Below are positions 51,423 to 64,000 of a DNA stretch of 64,000 nucleotides, piece after piece (position 1 is the stretch's first letter; every line of letters begins with the position of its first letter). The notes under the pieces were generated by a model. It did no database searches, was not told where the DNA came from, and saw only the letters and a program-made list of their open reading frames with translations. Both the position numbers and the translations under genes were made by a program. The stretch is from Selaginella moellendorffii (Eukaryota > Plantae > Lycopodiophyta): the NCBI RefSeq assembly GCF_000143415.4, contig NW_003314409.1:226368-290367 (forward strand). The letters are read 5' to 3'.

Positions 51423-51589
51423 GAAAGGCCTATGCTCTGAAGAAGGGGTGAGGATTAATGAATTTTATAATACTTAAATGAAACACCATTCCACCTAAGG
51501 CAATGAACTCCAAGTGACCAAGCACCTCTCAAGCATCTCAAGAAAGAGCTTTCTACAATACCAGAGGTGGCTAGTTTGAGCATAGAGAG

Positions 51590-53183
51590 ACAACATTGCA
51601 GTCCAGGAGGCTGTGTCCTTCCATACATAGCATGTCATTGAACACTTCTCTTGCTTTCAGTAGATGTCTATTTTGAGCATAAGTTACAAACATCACATTC
51701 CAACACACAACATCTCTGTTTTACGGACAGATTCTTTCAAACAAGCCCTTAGCATCTTCAACTTGTCCATTTTGGCCAAAGTTGGGAACCATGGCTGTTG
51801 AAGAGACTGAATCTTGAAATGGCATTGTGTCGAAAACCTGCTTAGCCTCTTCAAACTTGTCGCTTTTGGAGAAAGTCGAGATCATTACAGTGCTAGACAC
51901 AACATCCCACTCTAGCATTTCGTACTGGAAGATTTCCTTGGCTCTACTTATCATCCCTTTTTGGGCCTCTATTGAGAGTATTGTATTTCAGGAAAACCCT
52001 TCTTGTTTCCTCCAAGTGCCCGTTTTGTGCATTTGCTGACAAAAGAGCATTCCACGACATTGTACTATGCTGTGGCATCTTTACAAACAGTTCTCTAAAT
52101 TCCGACAGGCACTTATTTTGTGCAAGAGCTGAAAGCATTGTATTTGCCGCCTCTATTGTCTTTTGTGGCATCATTTCAAAGATATTCTTTGCTTCATCCA
52201 GATGCCAATTTTCCAATTGTCCATGAAACCAAATCGCGTTTCGGCTTAAGCCATTGTTCGTTCGGGCATAGCTTCAAAGATGATCACCGCGTTTTGCAGA
52301 TCTCTGAGATGGGCACATGCAGAGAGCATTACATTCTACGTTTCTTTAACAGCTTGTACGTCTTTGACTTGTAAAAATGCGTCCAGCAAGCACGTCCATG
52401 ACACCAAGTTTCTAAACGGCATCTGATCAAAAGTTTGCTTGGCTTCGGAAAAGTTTCCTCTCTTCACATACGCAGTGAGCACTGCTGTCCACGATACGAG
52501 ATCCCATTCCGGCATGAGATCAACAAAAATTCTCGCAATTTCAACAGTCCCGTTCTGCACATACGCGTTGAACATGGCCGTCCAAGAGATTAGATCTCGT
52601 AGTGGCATCGTGTGAAACATTCTCTTGGCAAGAACAAGGTGCCCTCTTTGGGCATATGCACAAGCATAGTGGTCCAAGCAACTAATGTTTGCCTTGGCAT
52701 TCTATCGAACAAAATGTTCGCCTTTTCAAGAAATCCATGATGAACGTACACGTCAATCATAAAGTTTCAAGCCACCGTAGTTGCATCTGGCATCCTTGCA
52801 AAGGTATTTTCGGCTTCCTCTAGATGCCCAGAACGGGCATATGAGCTTAACATTGCAACCCAAGAAACAGTAGTTCTCTGAGGCATCGAATCAAAGAATC
52901 CCTTTGCATTCTCAAGGCTGCCATACTTCGAGTAAGCATTCATCATGAAATCCCAAGAGTAGACATCCCTGGAAACCATGCTATCAAAAACTCGTTTGGC
53001 GTGCAATGAGCTTCCACACCTCGTGTACATTGCGATGAGCTTGTTGCACAGGAAAACATCATCAGTTTTGGCACTGTTACTGGCATGCAGATCCTCAGCC
53101 AAAGCCAAGCTCTTGCAAGATTGGATGAGTTCTAGGCACTGGACTCTGTCCATAGTCTTCCAAGGGTTTTCATTGTATGGCAA
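51590..53183 (-). pseudogene. PLS-class PPR pseudogene
   Basis: FLCNKLIAMYTRCGSSLHAKRVFD and many short motifs broken by stops and frameshifts. Confidence 0.9.
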
Positions 53184-53214
53184 TTCCTTGCATTTGCAAT
53201 TCTCTAGAATGTTT

Positions 53215-54133
53215 TCATTTTAACGATGTTATGATGCTTACAAGTGCCTTTACAAGCTCATCTGGAGTGGAAAAGAAGGGGCTGTGATCAGATGCAAGCT
53301 CTAGAACACCGTTGGGGGGATTGTTTTCCAGGAGATAATCTTGCATTGCCGCAGGTATCACTCTGTCATGCATCCCTTTGATGTAATAACGAGGAACACT
53401 TCCATACTTCTCTTTGGTGTACTCCACCGCGATTTCAGAGGGTGGCAACAAAGGATTTGGTTTGAGAAGAAGATTTGCTAGCTCCACGTCCTGTTTGAAG
53501 TCCAGTTTTAGTAGCGGGTCTAAACGTTTTGCAGAATTTCACCTCGGAAGAACAAAGATGGTAAAGCACAGGCTGGTGATGCTCCGGTTTGAGTCTTGAC
53601 GAGGTTGGAACTTCCGAGCCCTTGGTGTAGAACCTATCTACAATTTCTGAGAAACCAGACATCACCGCCTGCCAGATTTACATGAAAACTTCATGAGATC
53701 CAAGCGACGGGAGGAACTGGCAAAGTTTCACCTTGTCTCGGACCTCTATAGCTTTGGGACCCGAAGGGAGCATCGATGCCACCACGAAGATTGCCGCTGC
53801 ACACTTCGTGGGATACTTCTCCATGACATAAGTGACGACAATCCCCCCAAGGCTGTGACCCACGAGCACGATCTAGAAGAAAAAAATGCCAAAAAAACAC
53901 GACATGCTCTTATAGTATACCTTGTCTCCTTGAGGAAGGAACTCGATGAGCTCGACGAGAGGCTGCGAGTAACGAGCCAAGGTTCTCACCTCGTTGGGAT
54001 CAACGGTGCTGATCCCGGCGCTGGAGAGATCCACGGCCAGGGCCGCGTGGCCCGCTTGACGGAGACGAGGCAAGACCTTGTACCAACACCATGCGCCATG
54101 CCCTGCGCCGTGCACAAACACGAATTTCGCCAT
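53215..54133 (-). CDS. Methylesterase (MES/SABP2-like alpha/beta hydrolase), 4 exons, ~251 aa
   Basis: FVFVHGAGHGAWCWYK, GHSLGG, HDRVIP, SDHSPFFS. Exons 54133-53921, 53872-53732, 53668-53543 and 53490-53215 sum to 756 nt. Confidence 0.93.
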
Positions 54134-54429
54134 TGGCGAGAATATTCCAGTCGCACGCGTTTTATTGTCTCGACTCTCGAGCTGCAAGGCTTGGATTCGA
54201 GTGATATCAAAAGCTTCTGGATGTCAGGAATGGTCAATTCTCAACCTGTGTGGGAACTTCGAAAAAAGGGTGCTACGCCCACTTTTCTATGCCCCTTGCT
54301 CACAATCCTCGGGTTTCCAGCTCCATGGCTAGCTTCCAATCAATCTCAAATCTTGGAGACGAAAGAATAAAAGTGCTTGGATCCCTGGTGCGATTCAATT
54401 TGTGCTGATATGAGAACGCATCGAGTCTT

Positions 54430-54890
54430 TGCTAAACTCTAGCCACTGTTTGTCCACTAGCATGGCTTTGAGGATCCTCGGCCAACAAAGTTATGCTTGG
54501 AGCATGATTTGCTTTTAAGCTTGTGACGAGATAAATGCGGCTTGCAGCCTCATCTAGCATGGTTGCAAAGAAGTGGATGTCTTCTGGGTCCAGAGCTCGT
54601 AATATTCTCAAGGTGCCCTCTTTGGGCATATGCAAGGAGCATAGAGCTAATGCTTGTTTGATAGTCTATCAAACAGAAATTTAGCCATTTCAAGAATGCC
54701 ATGCTGCACGTACGCGTCAATCATGCAGTTGCAAGTAAAGGCGTATTCTGCTTTCTCTAGAAGCCTAGCACGGGATAAATTTTAGGTGTCCTGTGTAAAT
54801 TGCAAGAAGCCATCATCACTGTTGATTGGCATGAATACCCTCAGCCAAAACCAAGCTCTTGCAAGATTGCCATTGCATTGTCCAAGATTA
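54430..54890 (-). pseudogene. Deleted remnant of a duplicate of the 51590-53183 PPR gene
   Basis: Shared strings aggtgccctctttgggcatatgca and ccaagctcttgcaagattg. Confidence 0.75.
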
Positions 54891-54938
54891 TTTTCATTAT
54901 ATAGTGATAGGACGGTTCCTTGCATTTGCCATAAGCTT

Positions 54939-55845
54939 TCATTTTAACGATGTTGCAATGCTTGAGAGTGCCTCCACAAGCGCATCTGGAGTGGAAAAGA
55001 AGGGGCTGTGATCAGATGGAAGCTCTAGAACACCGTCAGGGGGATTGTTTTCCAGAAGATAATCTTGCATTGCCACGGGCATCAACACGTCATGAATCCC
55101 TTTGATGTAATAACGAGGAATACTTCCATACTTCTCTTTCGTGTACTCCACGGCGATTTCAGAGGGTGGCAAGAGAGGATTTGGTTTGACTAGAAGATTC
55201 CCTAGCTCCACGTCCTGTTTGAAGTCGAGTTTCAGTAGCGGATCTAAAAGTTTTGGCCGTGATTTCACCTCGGGCGAACAAAGATGGTAAAGCACAGACT
55301 GGCGATGCTCCGGTTTGAAGCTTGATGAGGTTGCAACTTCCGAGTCCTTGGTGCAGAAGCTATCTATAATTTCCAGAAAACCAGGCATTGCCGCCTGCCA
55401 AAAGAAAACTTCATGAGATTTGAGCGACGGAAGGAACTGGCAAAGTTTCACCTTCTGTCAGATCTCCATAGCTTTGGGACCCGAAGGGAGCATTTGTGCC
55501 ACCACGAAGATAGCCGCTCCAATCTTCGAGGGATACTTCTCCATGGCATAAGTGACGACAATTCCTCCAAGGCTGTGACCCACGAGCACGATCTAAAACT
55601 AGACTTTATTAGAAAAAAACAATGGATATTATACCTTGTCTCCTTGAGGAAGGGACTCGATGAGATCGATGAGAGGCTGCGAGTAATGAGCCAAGGTTCT
55701 CACCTGGTTGGGATCAACGGTGCTGATCCCGGCGCTGGTGAGATCCACGGCCAGGGCCGCGTGGCCAGCTTGGCGGAGACGAGGCAAAACTTTGTACCAG
55801 CACCACGCGCCATGCCCGGCGCCGTGCAAACACAAACTTCGCCAT
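54939..55845 (-). pseudogene. Methylesterase tandem duplicate, disabled
   Basis: Same exon structure, but a 2-nt deletion at codon ~7 and CGA>TGA in exon 2 (~55459). Confidence 0.85.
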
Positions 55846-56053
55846 AGCCGAGAATATTCCAATCGCGAATGGACTCTCGTTCAAAAATTTAATCTTTAAT
55901 TAGGGCGGGCTGACTGAGTGATCGAGGAGAGAGTTCGTAGCGAAGGTTGACACGGTAAAACCACGAGTTTTTTTCGAGCGCGTTATTAGAGAGGATCCAG
56001 CTTCTCTGCTGCTGCTCATCGGCTGACGCTCTTTCCCACGCGCAGCTTCGCGG

Positions 56054-56061
56054 TATATAAA
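56054..56061 (+). promoter_or_regulatory. Candidate TATA box of PAR1 gene 1
   Basis: TATATAAA ~115 bp upstream of the ATG. Confidence 0.55.
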
Positions 56062-56173
56062 CCCAAGGGACCGTGTTCCTTTAACACGATCTCCAGAACA
56101 CGCTTCGCTTTGCTACTACGCACCACACAAAGATCCTAAAGTTTCGTTCATCACTTCCGGTCGATTCCGCAGC

Positions 56174-56971
56174 ATGGCGCGCTCTTCCAGATCTCTTGCC
56201 TTTGTATCTTCGTTTGTGATTCTTCTCTGCATCAGCGGAGCGATTGGTAGGTTCTTCGGCTATTTGCTGTTGATTTGAAACGGAGGTCTTATTATCTTTG
56301 CTGCTTTCGTTTCAGCTGGAAGCAGGCTCGAGTGCGAGGATCTTCCTCCTCAGGACTGCGCGTTTGCCGTGTCCACAATGGGAAACCGATGCGTTCTAGA
56401 AAAATTCATAGCTCAGGACAGCAGCGCCATCTACGAGTGCCAGGTGAGAGCAATTCGATGCTCTTCTTCTTTTGGTTTCTGGATTGAAACTTACAATCGA
56501 TCGATTGCTCTCTTCAGACATCCAATGTCATGGCCGAGAAGCAAGAGGCCTGGATCGAATCCGATAAGTGCGTCAAAGAGTGTGGAGTGGAGAGGATGTG
56601 GGTGGGATTCTCCAGCGATGGCCTCGCCAACCGCAACTTCGTCAACAGGCTCTGCTCGCCAGTGTGCCAGAACAATTGCCCCAACATTGTCAACCTTTTT
56701 GAAAGCCTCGCTGCCGGAGAAGGTGAGATCATTCATCTAGAGTTCTCGATCAAACAGGTCTTTAACCGAAAATCTTTTGATGATAGGTGTCAATCTTGCC
56801 GAGGTTTGCAACTACGTGAGACCCAGTGCTCACAGGATCCTTGCCGATTCTCTCCTCTTCAAGAACACCCAGTTTGTTCTCCAATCTTTGGCTGGCGCGG
56901 CTGCTCCGCAAGCTGCTATTTCCGCAGAATCGATCACCTTGGCACCAGCTCCAGCTCCAAGCACCAACTAG
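56174..56971 (+). CDS. PAR1 (photoassimilate-responsive) family secreted Cys-rich protein, 4 exons, ~196 aa
   Basis: CEDLPPQDCAFAVSTMGNRCVLE, WIESDKCVKECGVER, CQNNCPNIVNLFESLAAGEG. Exons 56174-56246, 56316-56443, 56518-56722 and 56787-56971 sum to 591 nt. Confidence 0.9.
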
Positions 56972-57378
56972 AGGACACATTCTCGATAGATCATGTTTAT
57001 AGTTCGTCTGCGGTAGAGAGATTGATTTTTTGTTTGGAGAAGCTTCCATACGATCCCGTGCGCTGAGATTGTGGTAGAAACTCTCCAAACCGACATTGAT
57101 TCTTTTCATAAATTCTAGTCAATAAACACATTCGGTCAAAAGCGAGTGAAGAAAGTGAGTCAATGTGTCAATTCGAAAGCGAGGGAAAGCGAGTGAGTCA
57201 ATTCGGTGTTGTTGAGCTAGTGATTGAATTTGGGGGCAAAATAACATGCGCTCACGACTACCAACTTTCTTATGATCATGCCACGAACTACAACTTAACG
57301 GTTTCTAGAATTTCGACTAGCTGGTGAATATTATATGAGATTTTTTGAGTATCTTTGTGATGGATCTAAAGAAACGAA

Positions 57379-58149
57379 TCACATGACGTCCGGAGATGGC
57401 GCCATGGCATCGGACGAGTCCAGGAAGGTGAGAGATTCCGGGGCCTCGGCACCGTGAAGAGCCTCGGGGGCCTCGGCATTGTGGAGCGAATCGATGGCCT
57501 GTTTCGTGCCCTTTGACATAGCGCTCAAGGATTCACCGATCAGCTTACGAGAGCTGGGTCGGATGGAGTTGCAAATGTGTGGAAGATGGATGTCTGTGAA
57601 GGAAAGACACTGGAACGATGATAGAATTGGAAAGCGATCGGATTACCTTCTCCGGAGGCGAGCTTGGTGAAGAGATCGACAACGTTGGGACAGTTGGCCT
57701 GGCACTGAGAAGAACACCAGCGGCTGAGGAACTCCTTGCGGATGATTCCATCGGTGGAGATCCCGACCGACATCCTCTCCAGGCCACACGCCGCCAGGCA
57801 CTCGTCGGTTTCGATCCATGCCTCGGATCTCTCCGCCAAGACAGGGGACGTCTGTTACGCGGAAAAACAGGGGAGTAACGATCCATGATTTTGATCGATC
57901 AAACCTGGCACTGGTAAACAACGATCTTGCTCTCCAGGACGCGCTTCTCCAGAACGCATCGAGATCCCAAGCCCGACACCGCGAACGCGCAGTCCTCGAC
58001 CGCTAGCTCCTCGCATTCCAGCGCGGCTGATACAATTCGAGAGAGAGGATTTTAGAAACCAGACGGCTGGATCGTGAAAAACGTTCACCTTGGATGGAAA
58101 TCGAGAAGAGAGTGACGCAGATGACAAACAAATTCAATGTGCTAACCAT
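57379..58149 (-). CDS. Second PAR1-family gene, convergent, 4 exons, ~200 aa
   Basis: CEELAVEDCAFAVSGLGSRCVLE, WIETDECLAACGLER, CQANCPNVVDLF. Exons 58149-58089, 58026-57905, 57851-57647 and 57593-57379 sum to 603 nt. Confidence 0.9.
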
Positions 58150-58739
58150 GATAAAACTTCTAGCTCTGGATTCTTGTGGAAAAGAACTTCAATCTCTAGA
58201 GCCCCTGCCCAAGCTTGTGGGTTTTATAGTGCCATAGCAGGCAGAAGAGGGTATCTCCTTCCTTCGTGGCCGCTAACGGATTCCTCGTTCAGTAGTGGGC
58301 TTGGGTCCCATTCACAAGAAAACGTGCATCCATTTCCTTTATTAGATCAAGGTTTGCATTATACGTTGTAGCAGCGTATAAACTGGATTTTGAAATTTCA
58401 ATGTTTTTCCATTTTTTGTATAATTAATAACCATGACTTTGAAGGTCAATTCCGGCCAAAGCACGAATACAGGAAAATTTGTTGTTATTATTTATTAATT
58501 ATATTGATCAATTGGATTATAAACATATTTATAAATAATAAATACATGATTAATAAATAAATAATAACCATTAGATGGTAGAATATTCTAAAATATCTAA
58601 GCATATTCTAAATATATTCACTATTCCCAAACAAACCAAAAATTTAAATATTTATTTATTTTATATATATATATATAAATATTATATTTGGGACTGTATA
58701 GGCGTCGGCGGTAGACAAATTGACTGCTGAGTGTTATAT

Positions 58740-58839
58740 NNNNNNNNNNNNNNNNNNNNNNNNNNNNNNNNNNNNNNNNNNNNNNNNNNNNNNNNNNNNN
58801 NNNNNNNNNNNNNNNNNNNNNNNNNNNNNNNNNNNNNNN
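58740..58839. other. Assembly gap (100 N)
   Basis: Run of n. Confidence 1.
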
Positions 58840-58849
58840 GACTACTCAC

Positions 58850-61800
58850 TCTTGTATATAAGCTAGGGTTTTTGGGTTAATTAATATGCACATTTTCTGT
58901 ATTCCCTTTCCATATTCCATGCACTCATATTAGTGGAAGTGAGGGGTACCTTTCATTATCCCTGAAGAGTGTTTAGATTTGGGACTTTGGTTTAGATCTA
59001 ACTTTGCATCATTTAGATTTAGCTTTTTCCATTTCCTTTCTTTTGTTTTTTCCTTTCAGGATTTTAGTTTAAATCTAGCTTTTCTTTTGTTTAAATCTCC
59101 TTTTCTTTCTAGTTTTTTCTAATTTATCTTCTTTTGTTCTTTTTTTTTTATTCATCTTCATGGTAGAATAACAATCTCCTCCTTTGACTTTGAAGCAACA
59201 GTTGGTGCAATTGCTTGATGTTATGCAATTGCAATTGAACAACCAAAATCAATTGATGGCAACATTCATGGCACGTGGTATAGCTCCTCCTGCTCTTGGT
59301 GCCAATCCTCGTGTTTGATCGGAGTTCTTTCATGGGAATCCTAAGGATGATATGTACTATTAGTTCAATCACTTCACAGTGATTGCCATATATAATTCTT
59401 GGGATGATGCTTGACGTTTGCATGAGTTTCCCACCTGTCTCTAAAGGACAACATTGCAATGGTACAATGGTTTAAGTGTAGCCATTCGTGGGGATTGAAG
59501 TGTTCTCCTGAATCAAACACGCATTCAGACATGCTGACAATTGTGATGATGCCTTCCAACAATTGCATCGTCTTCGTCAAGGGCCATCTGAGTTAATGAT
59601 GTAATTTGGCATCTGTTTCTAATGCTTCTTGCTTCGTATAAAGCCAAATATGTTGAAGCAGATCAAACTAGGAATGTTGTGGCTAGCACTTCATCAAGAT
59701 GTTGTCAAACTTGTGTATGCACTTGTTTTAGCCACCCTTGATGATACTCTTCACTTGGCACAACGTTATGAGACGTCACATTTTCCTCTTCTTATTGGAC
59801 ATCCTTTCGCTCCACTTTCTGTGGGTAATGGTCCTATTCTAATGGAGGTTGATGTTGCTATTGCTCGAGTCTAAGAACAAGGGCAAGGACATGGTCATGG
59901 CTATAGCATTCACTGTTAAGCATGTGATGAAGTTGGTCACATTTATTGGCGTTGCCGGTGTTTTCTAGATTGACAACCTCCATTTCCTAGGTGGAGACCT
60001 TGGTGTCAACAACATCCTGTTGGTGCTATTGCAGTGGAAGGTTTGAACACCGAGATGCATTCAGGAAACGAGGAGTCACACGAGTAACGAGGGAGTATTA
60101 TCAAAAGGTTCACTCGGCACCAATTCATCCACTGTTTAGTTTCCAAACTCATTTTTATAACAAGAGGTCTCTTATTCTTTTCTCTGTGTTGGTTGATACA
60201 AGTTTGAGTTTATCTTCTATTGCTTGACCTATTACCACACGTTGCTGTCTACACTTGCATCGAGTGGTGGTTAATTTTCATTCTTTATGGCAACGGCCAT
60301 ACACATGCATGTGCATGGGATGAGACAAACTTGGTTATGTGTGTGGGCAATCTCGAGCTTGGGTTGCAATTATTACAGGTGGTGTCGAGTCAAGCTTTTG
60401 ACCTCATTCTTGGTATAGATTAGTTGCAGTGTAATCATGCCAAGTGTGACTTTGAAGCTTCTCCCCTTTGTCTCATACTTCCTTATATTTCATTCATTCC
60501 TCTCACTTCCATACTTTTTTGACCTTTGTATTGTTATGGTTGACCAGCTCATGAAGAAGTATGTCGATCTCTTTGAATTTCTTGTTTATTGTCAATCGCC
60601 CAAAGAGATTAAGATTTTATGTGCAAACATTAAGGAGATATTGGAAAAGGGTGTTATTTGAAAGTTACAGAGTCCTTAGGCATGTGAACCTCATTTTGTT
60701 ACGAAGTTTAATGGGAGTATTCATTTCTACATCGACTATCGTCCATTAAATGAAGTGACAATCCCAGATATGTACCTTCTTCCTCACACTAATGATCTCT
60801 TAGATTGTCTGGGGATGTTTATTCACCAAGCTAGATCTTGTTTCTGGGTACTAGCAAGTACTAATGGCCGAAGAAAATATTCTTAAAACAGTTTTTCATA
60901 CACCATTTGGTTTGTACGAGTTTTTGGTGATGCTGTTTAGTTTGAACAATGCTCCAACAATTTTTCAATGAATGATGGATGAGGTTCTTTACAATATGCT
61001 GGTGATTATTGACTTTATTAATGATGCCTTGATCCGCTTGAAAGGTACATGGGAAGAACACATTTGTGATGTTTGTAAAGTGTTGGATCAGCTACAAGAA
61101 GTTGGTTTAAAGTTGAAGTGGTCGAATTGCGTATTTAGGTCCAAAGACACGACTTATCTTGGATACTGTATTCCTCGTGAGAGTTTGCAAGTTGATCTTG
61201 ACAAATTTTTAACTGTTCTAAAGTTCCCTACTTTGAAGTGTGTGAATGATATGCAACACTTTTTGGGTAAGGTGCAGTATCTTGGTCGTTTTGTGGATCA
61301 TCTTTCTGATCACACTACACCATTATGAGCGTTGCTAAAGTCATCAACGTCATCTTTTATTTGGTCTCTGAATTGTGAGCGGGCGTTTATGGATATCAAA
61401 GAACTATTGATGACTCCTCTGGTTCTGGCATATTCTAATTACACTCAACCTTTCATTTTATGTATGAATGCTTTTGATATTGATTTTGGACGTGTGTTAA
61501 TGCAAGAGAGCCCGAGTGTGTTAGTCAATACCATCCCATTGCATATATAAGTTGTATATTACAACCGGCAGAGGTGAACTACTCCATGATAGAGAAGGAG
61601 TGTTTAACAGCAGTCTAGGGTTTCAAGAAACTTTATGCATATCTACATGGTTCTCAGACATTACTAGAAGGTGATCATGTTGCCGTCACTTCATTATTGA
61701 AGCGAAAGAACCTGGTTGGTTGTACTACTTAGTAGGCTTTGAAGCTTCAGATATATGATTTTGATGTTGTTCATCACCTAGGGAGTTCTATGGCTGATGC

Positions 61801-63530
61801 TAATGCCCTTTCTCGAGCTCCTTTTGCTTCTTCACTTTCTTCTCATGTTTTTAATGAGCCTGTTATTCCAGCACCGATGGATTTTCTTGACAAAGATTCT
61901 GTGCTGTCAGCAGTTGCTGTACTTAATGTTCAGTGTCTATAAAGTGTAGAGCAAGATCTACCTTTTTTTGATGAGGTTCGCAAGGCTTAAAAGATTGAGC
62001 CATAGATTTGAAGGCTTCGAGATGGGTTTAAGAATCTTGCATCACTTCCTAATGACTTGCCATTTCAGCATTTACATTCTCAATATTGCTTTAAATATAG
62101 CCTTCTTTATTTTGTGGGGACGATTCCTAATGATCCTTTACGGCTGGTGGTGCCTTTTGTCTTTATTTTGCGATTTCTCCATGCTTACTATGATTCTCCT
62201 ATTCTAAATGGGCATATGGAACATCGTCGTATGACCGAGAAGTTGCACAGATCTTTCTATTGGACAGATATGTAATATGATATTATCTAATATGTGCATA
62301 GCTGCATTTGGTGTTAGGCTTGTAATACTCCCCCTTGTACCACAAAAGGATGGTTAGAGTTAATTGTAATTTCCTGTCTGTTTGAGCTGGTGGTGTTTGA
62401 TCTTATGGGACCTTTTCCACAATTGACTATTCATAATAAATATGTTTATTATTGCTTTTGACTATTTGATTCGTTATATGGAAATTTGTGCTTTTGTTAG
62501 TGACTCTACAACTACTGTTGGATACTTCCTCCTCAATTAAGTGGTGTTCCAACATTCTTGTCTGGAACAGATTCTTTCGGATAAAGGTCCCGTATTTATA
62601 GCTAAGGCATTTCATGTTTTAACATCTAGGTTGGGGATACACCACACTTTCACGAGTGTTTATTATCCATAGTCAGACGGTTTTGTGAAATGGCACGTTT
62701 GGACATTTAAAGGAATAATTGTAAGTACATGAACTTTTAGCATTCAGATTGAAATGGTTATTTACTGTTGCTTCGGTATGCATATGTCACAAGGGTGCAA
62801 AGTTCTGTTGATACTTCACCATATAAATTCCTATATGATCATAATCCAATATTACCAACAGAGCTGGATTTACCTTCACAATTACCATGAGTTACCGATG
62901 CTAAGTTATGGGATTAATATTTGACGAGCATTCTTCCATTTGTCTGAGTAAAGTCTGCTAAACATTTAAGCCGCATACAAGTGGGACAACAACGGTGCTA
63001 CAACTCCCATCATCATCCACTTGCAAAGTACAAAGTGGATGACTTGGTGTTAATTTGTTTTCCGCATCTTACGGTATGTAGTTTATCTAAGGGGCTCCTT
63101 GCTCAATGGAAAGGACTATATCAAGTGTTGCAACAAGTTTGACCATAAGTTTATGAGGTTCGGCATAATGTCCAATAAGCCAATCCTCCAGAAATTATGC
63201 ATGTGTAGTGGTTGAAACACTTCGTACAAAGGGATCAGGAACAGTTAATACCACTTACAAATCCGCCAATGCCTCCTCTTAACGTTCATCTAGATCCCAG
63301 CCCATCTACAAAAGAACCTTGATAGTTTTCCATTATTCTGAGAGGAAAGGATGATATAAGGTCTAAGTGTATGGCTACGATCCCGTATACTAATATTAAC
63401 ATAATGGGATTTTAGTAGCTATCAGATTGATTTTAATCTAGACCATTTGTTCCTATATATAAATTAAGGTTTTTGGGCTAATTAATATACACATTTTTTG
63501 TATTCCCTTTCTATATTCCATACACTCACA
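58850..63530 (+). mobile_element. Heavily decayed Ty3/gypsy family D with short LTRs (5' LTR end ~58929; 3' LTR ~63355-63530)
   Basis: RT, RH and INT remnants (HFLGKVQYLGRFV, LKLQIYDFDVVH, YYP*SDG); PPT gagaggaaagg; matching LTR ends; no chromodomain recognised. Confidence 0.85.
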
Positions 63531-63648
63531 TATATATATAGAACATATATGTGTATATATATACATATATGTGTATATATATACATATATACATATATAG
63601 ATACATACATATATATATATACATATATATATATACATATACATATAC

Positions 63649-63679
<31 letters not shown>

Positions 63680-63874
63680 CATATATACATATATATATAC
63701 ACATATACATACATATATACATATATACATACATATATACATATATACATACATATATACATATATACATATATACATACATATATACATATATACATAT
63801 ACATATATATATATACATATACATATATATATATATACATATACATATATATATATACATATATATATATATAC

Positions 63875-63965
<91 letters not shown>

Positions 63966-64000
63966 TATATACATACATACATATATACATACATACATAT
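63531..64000. repeat. (TA)n/(TACA)n compound microsatellite
   Basis: Directly visible; abuts the LTR end. Confidence 0.98.

Noticed and set aside
63453-63998. Three long Y/I/M-rich ORFs
   Set aside because: Microsatellite artefacts.

Overview
Eukaryotic land-plant nuclear DNA. GC-rich genes with 45-70 nt introns, many PLS-class PPR (pseudo)genes and a DYW:WW-type editing factor point to a lycophyte such as Selaginella (inference). About half the window is decayed, nested Ty3/gypsy elements of at least four families (labelled A-D here), plus a LINE fragment and TA microsatellites. Apparently intact genes: a GH29 alpha-L-fucosidase, a 1029-aa PPR-DYW protein, a methylesterase (MES/SABP2-like) and two PAR1-family genes. 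There are also several PPR pseudogenes and gene fragments (SEC16, OSCA4-like, fucosidase exon 3, bulb-type lectin). Most notable: (1) the PPR-DYW protein has an N-terminal OSB-type PDF ssDNA-binding motif and a young 333-bp tandem PLS array that varies at base-specifying positions; (2) a chromovirus integrase is interrupted by two short GT-AG introns, one just before the catalytic Glu; (3) two family-A LTRs end with a retained PBS; (4) a 5S-rRNA-derived Pol III promoter fragment (Cassandra-like); (5) an in-frame PPR-SEC16 chimera. All family assignments come from motif recognition by eye; no database searches were run.
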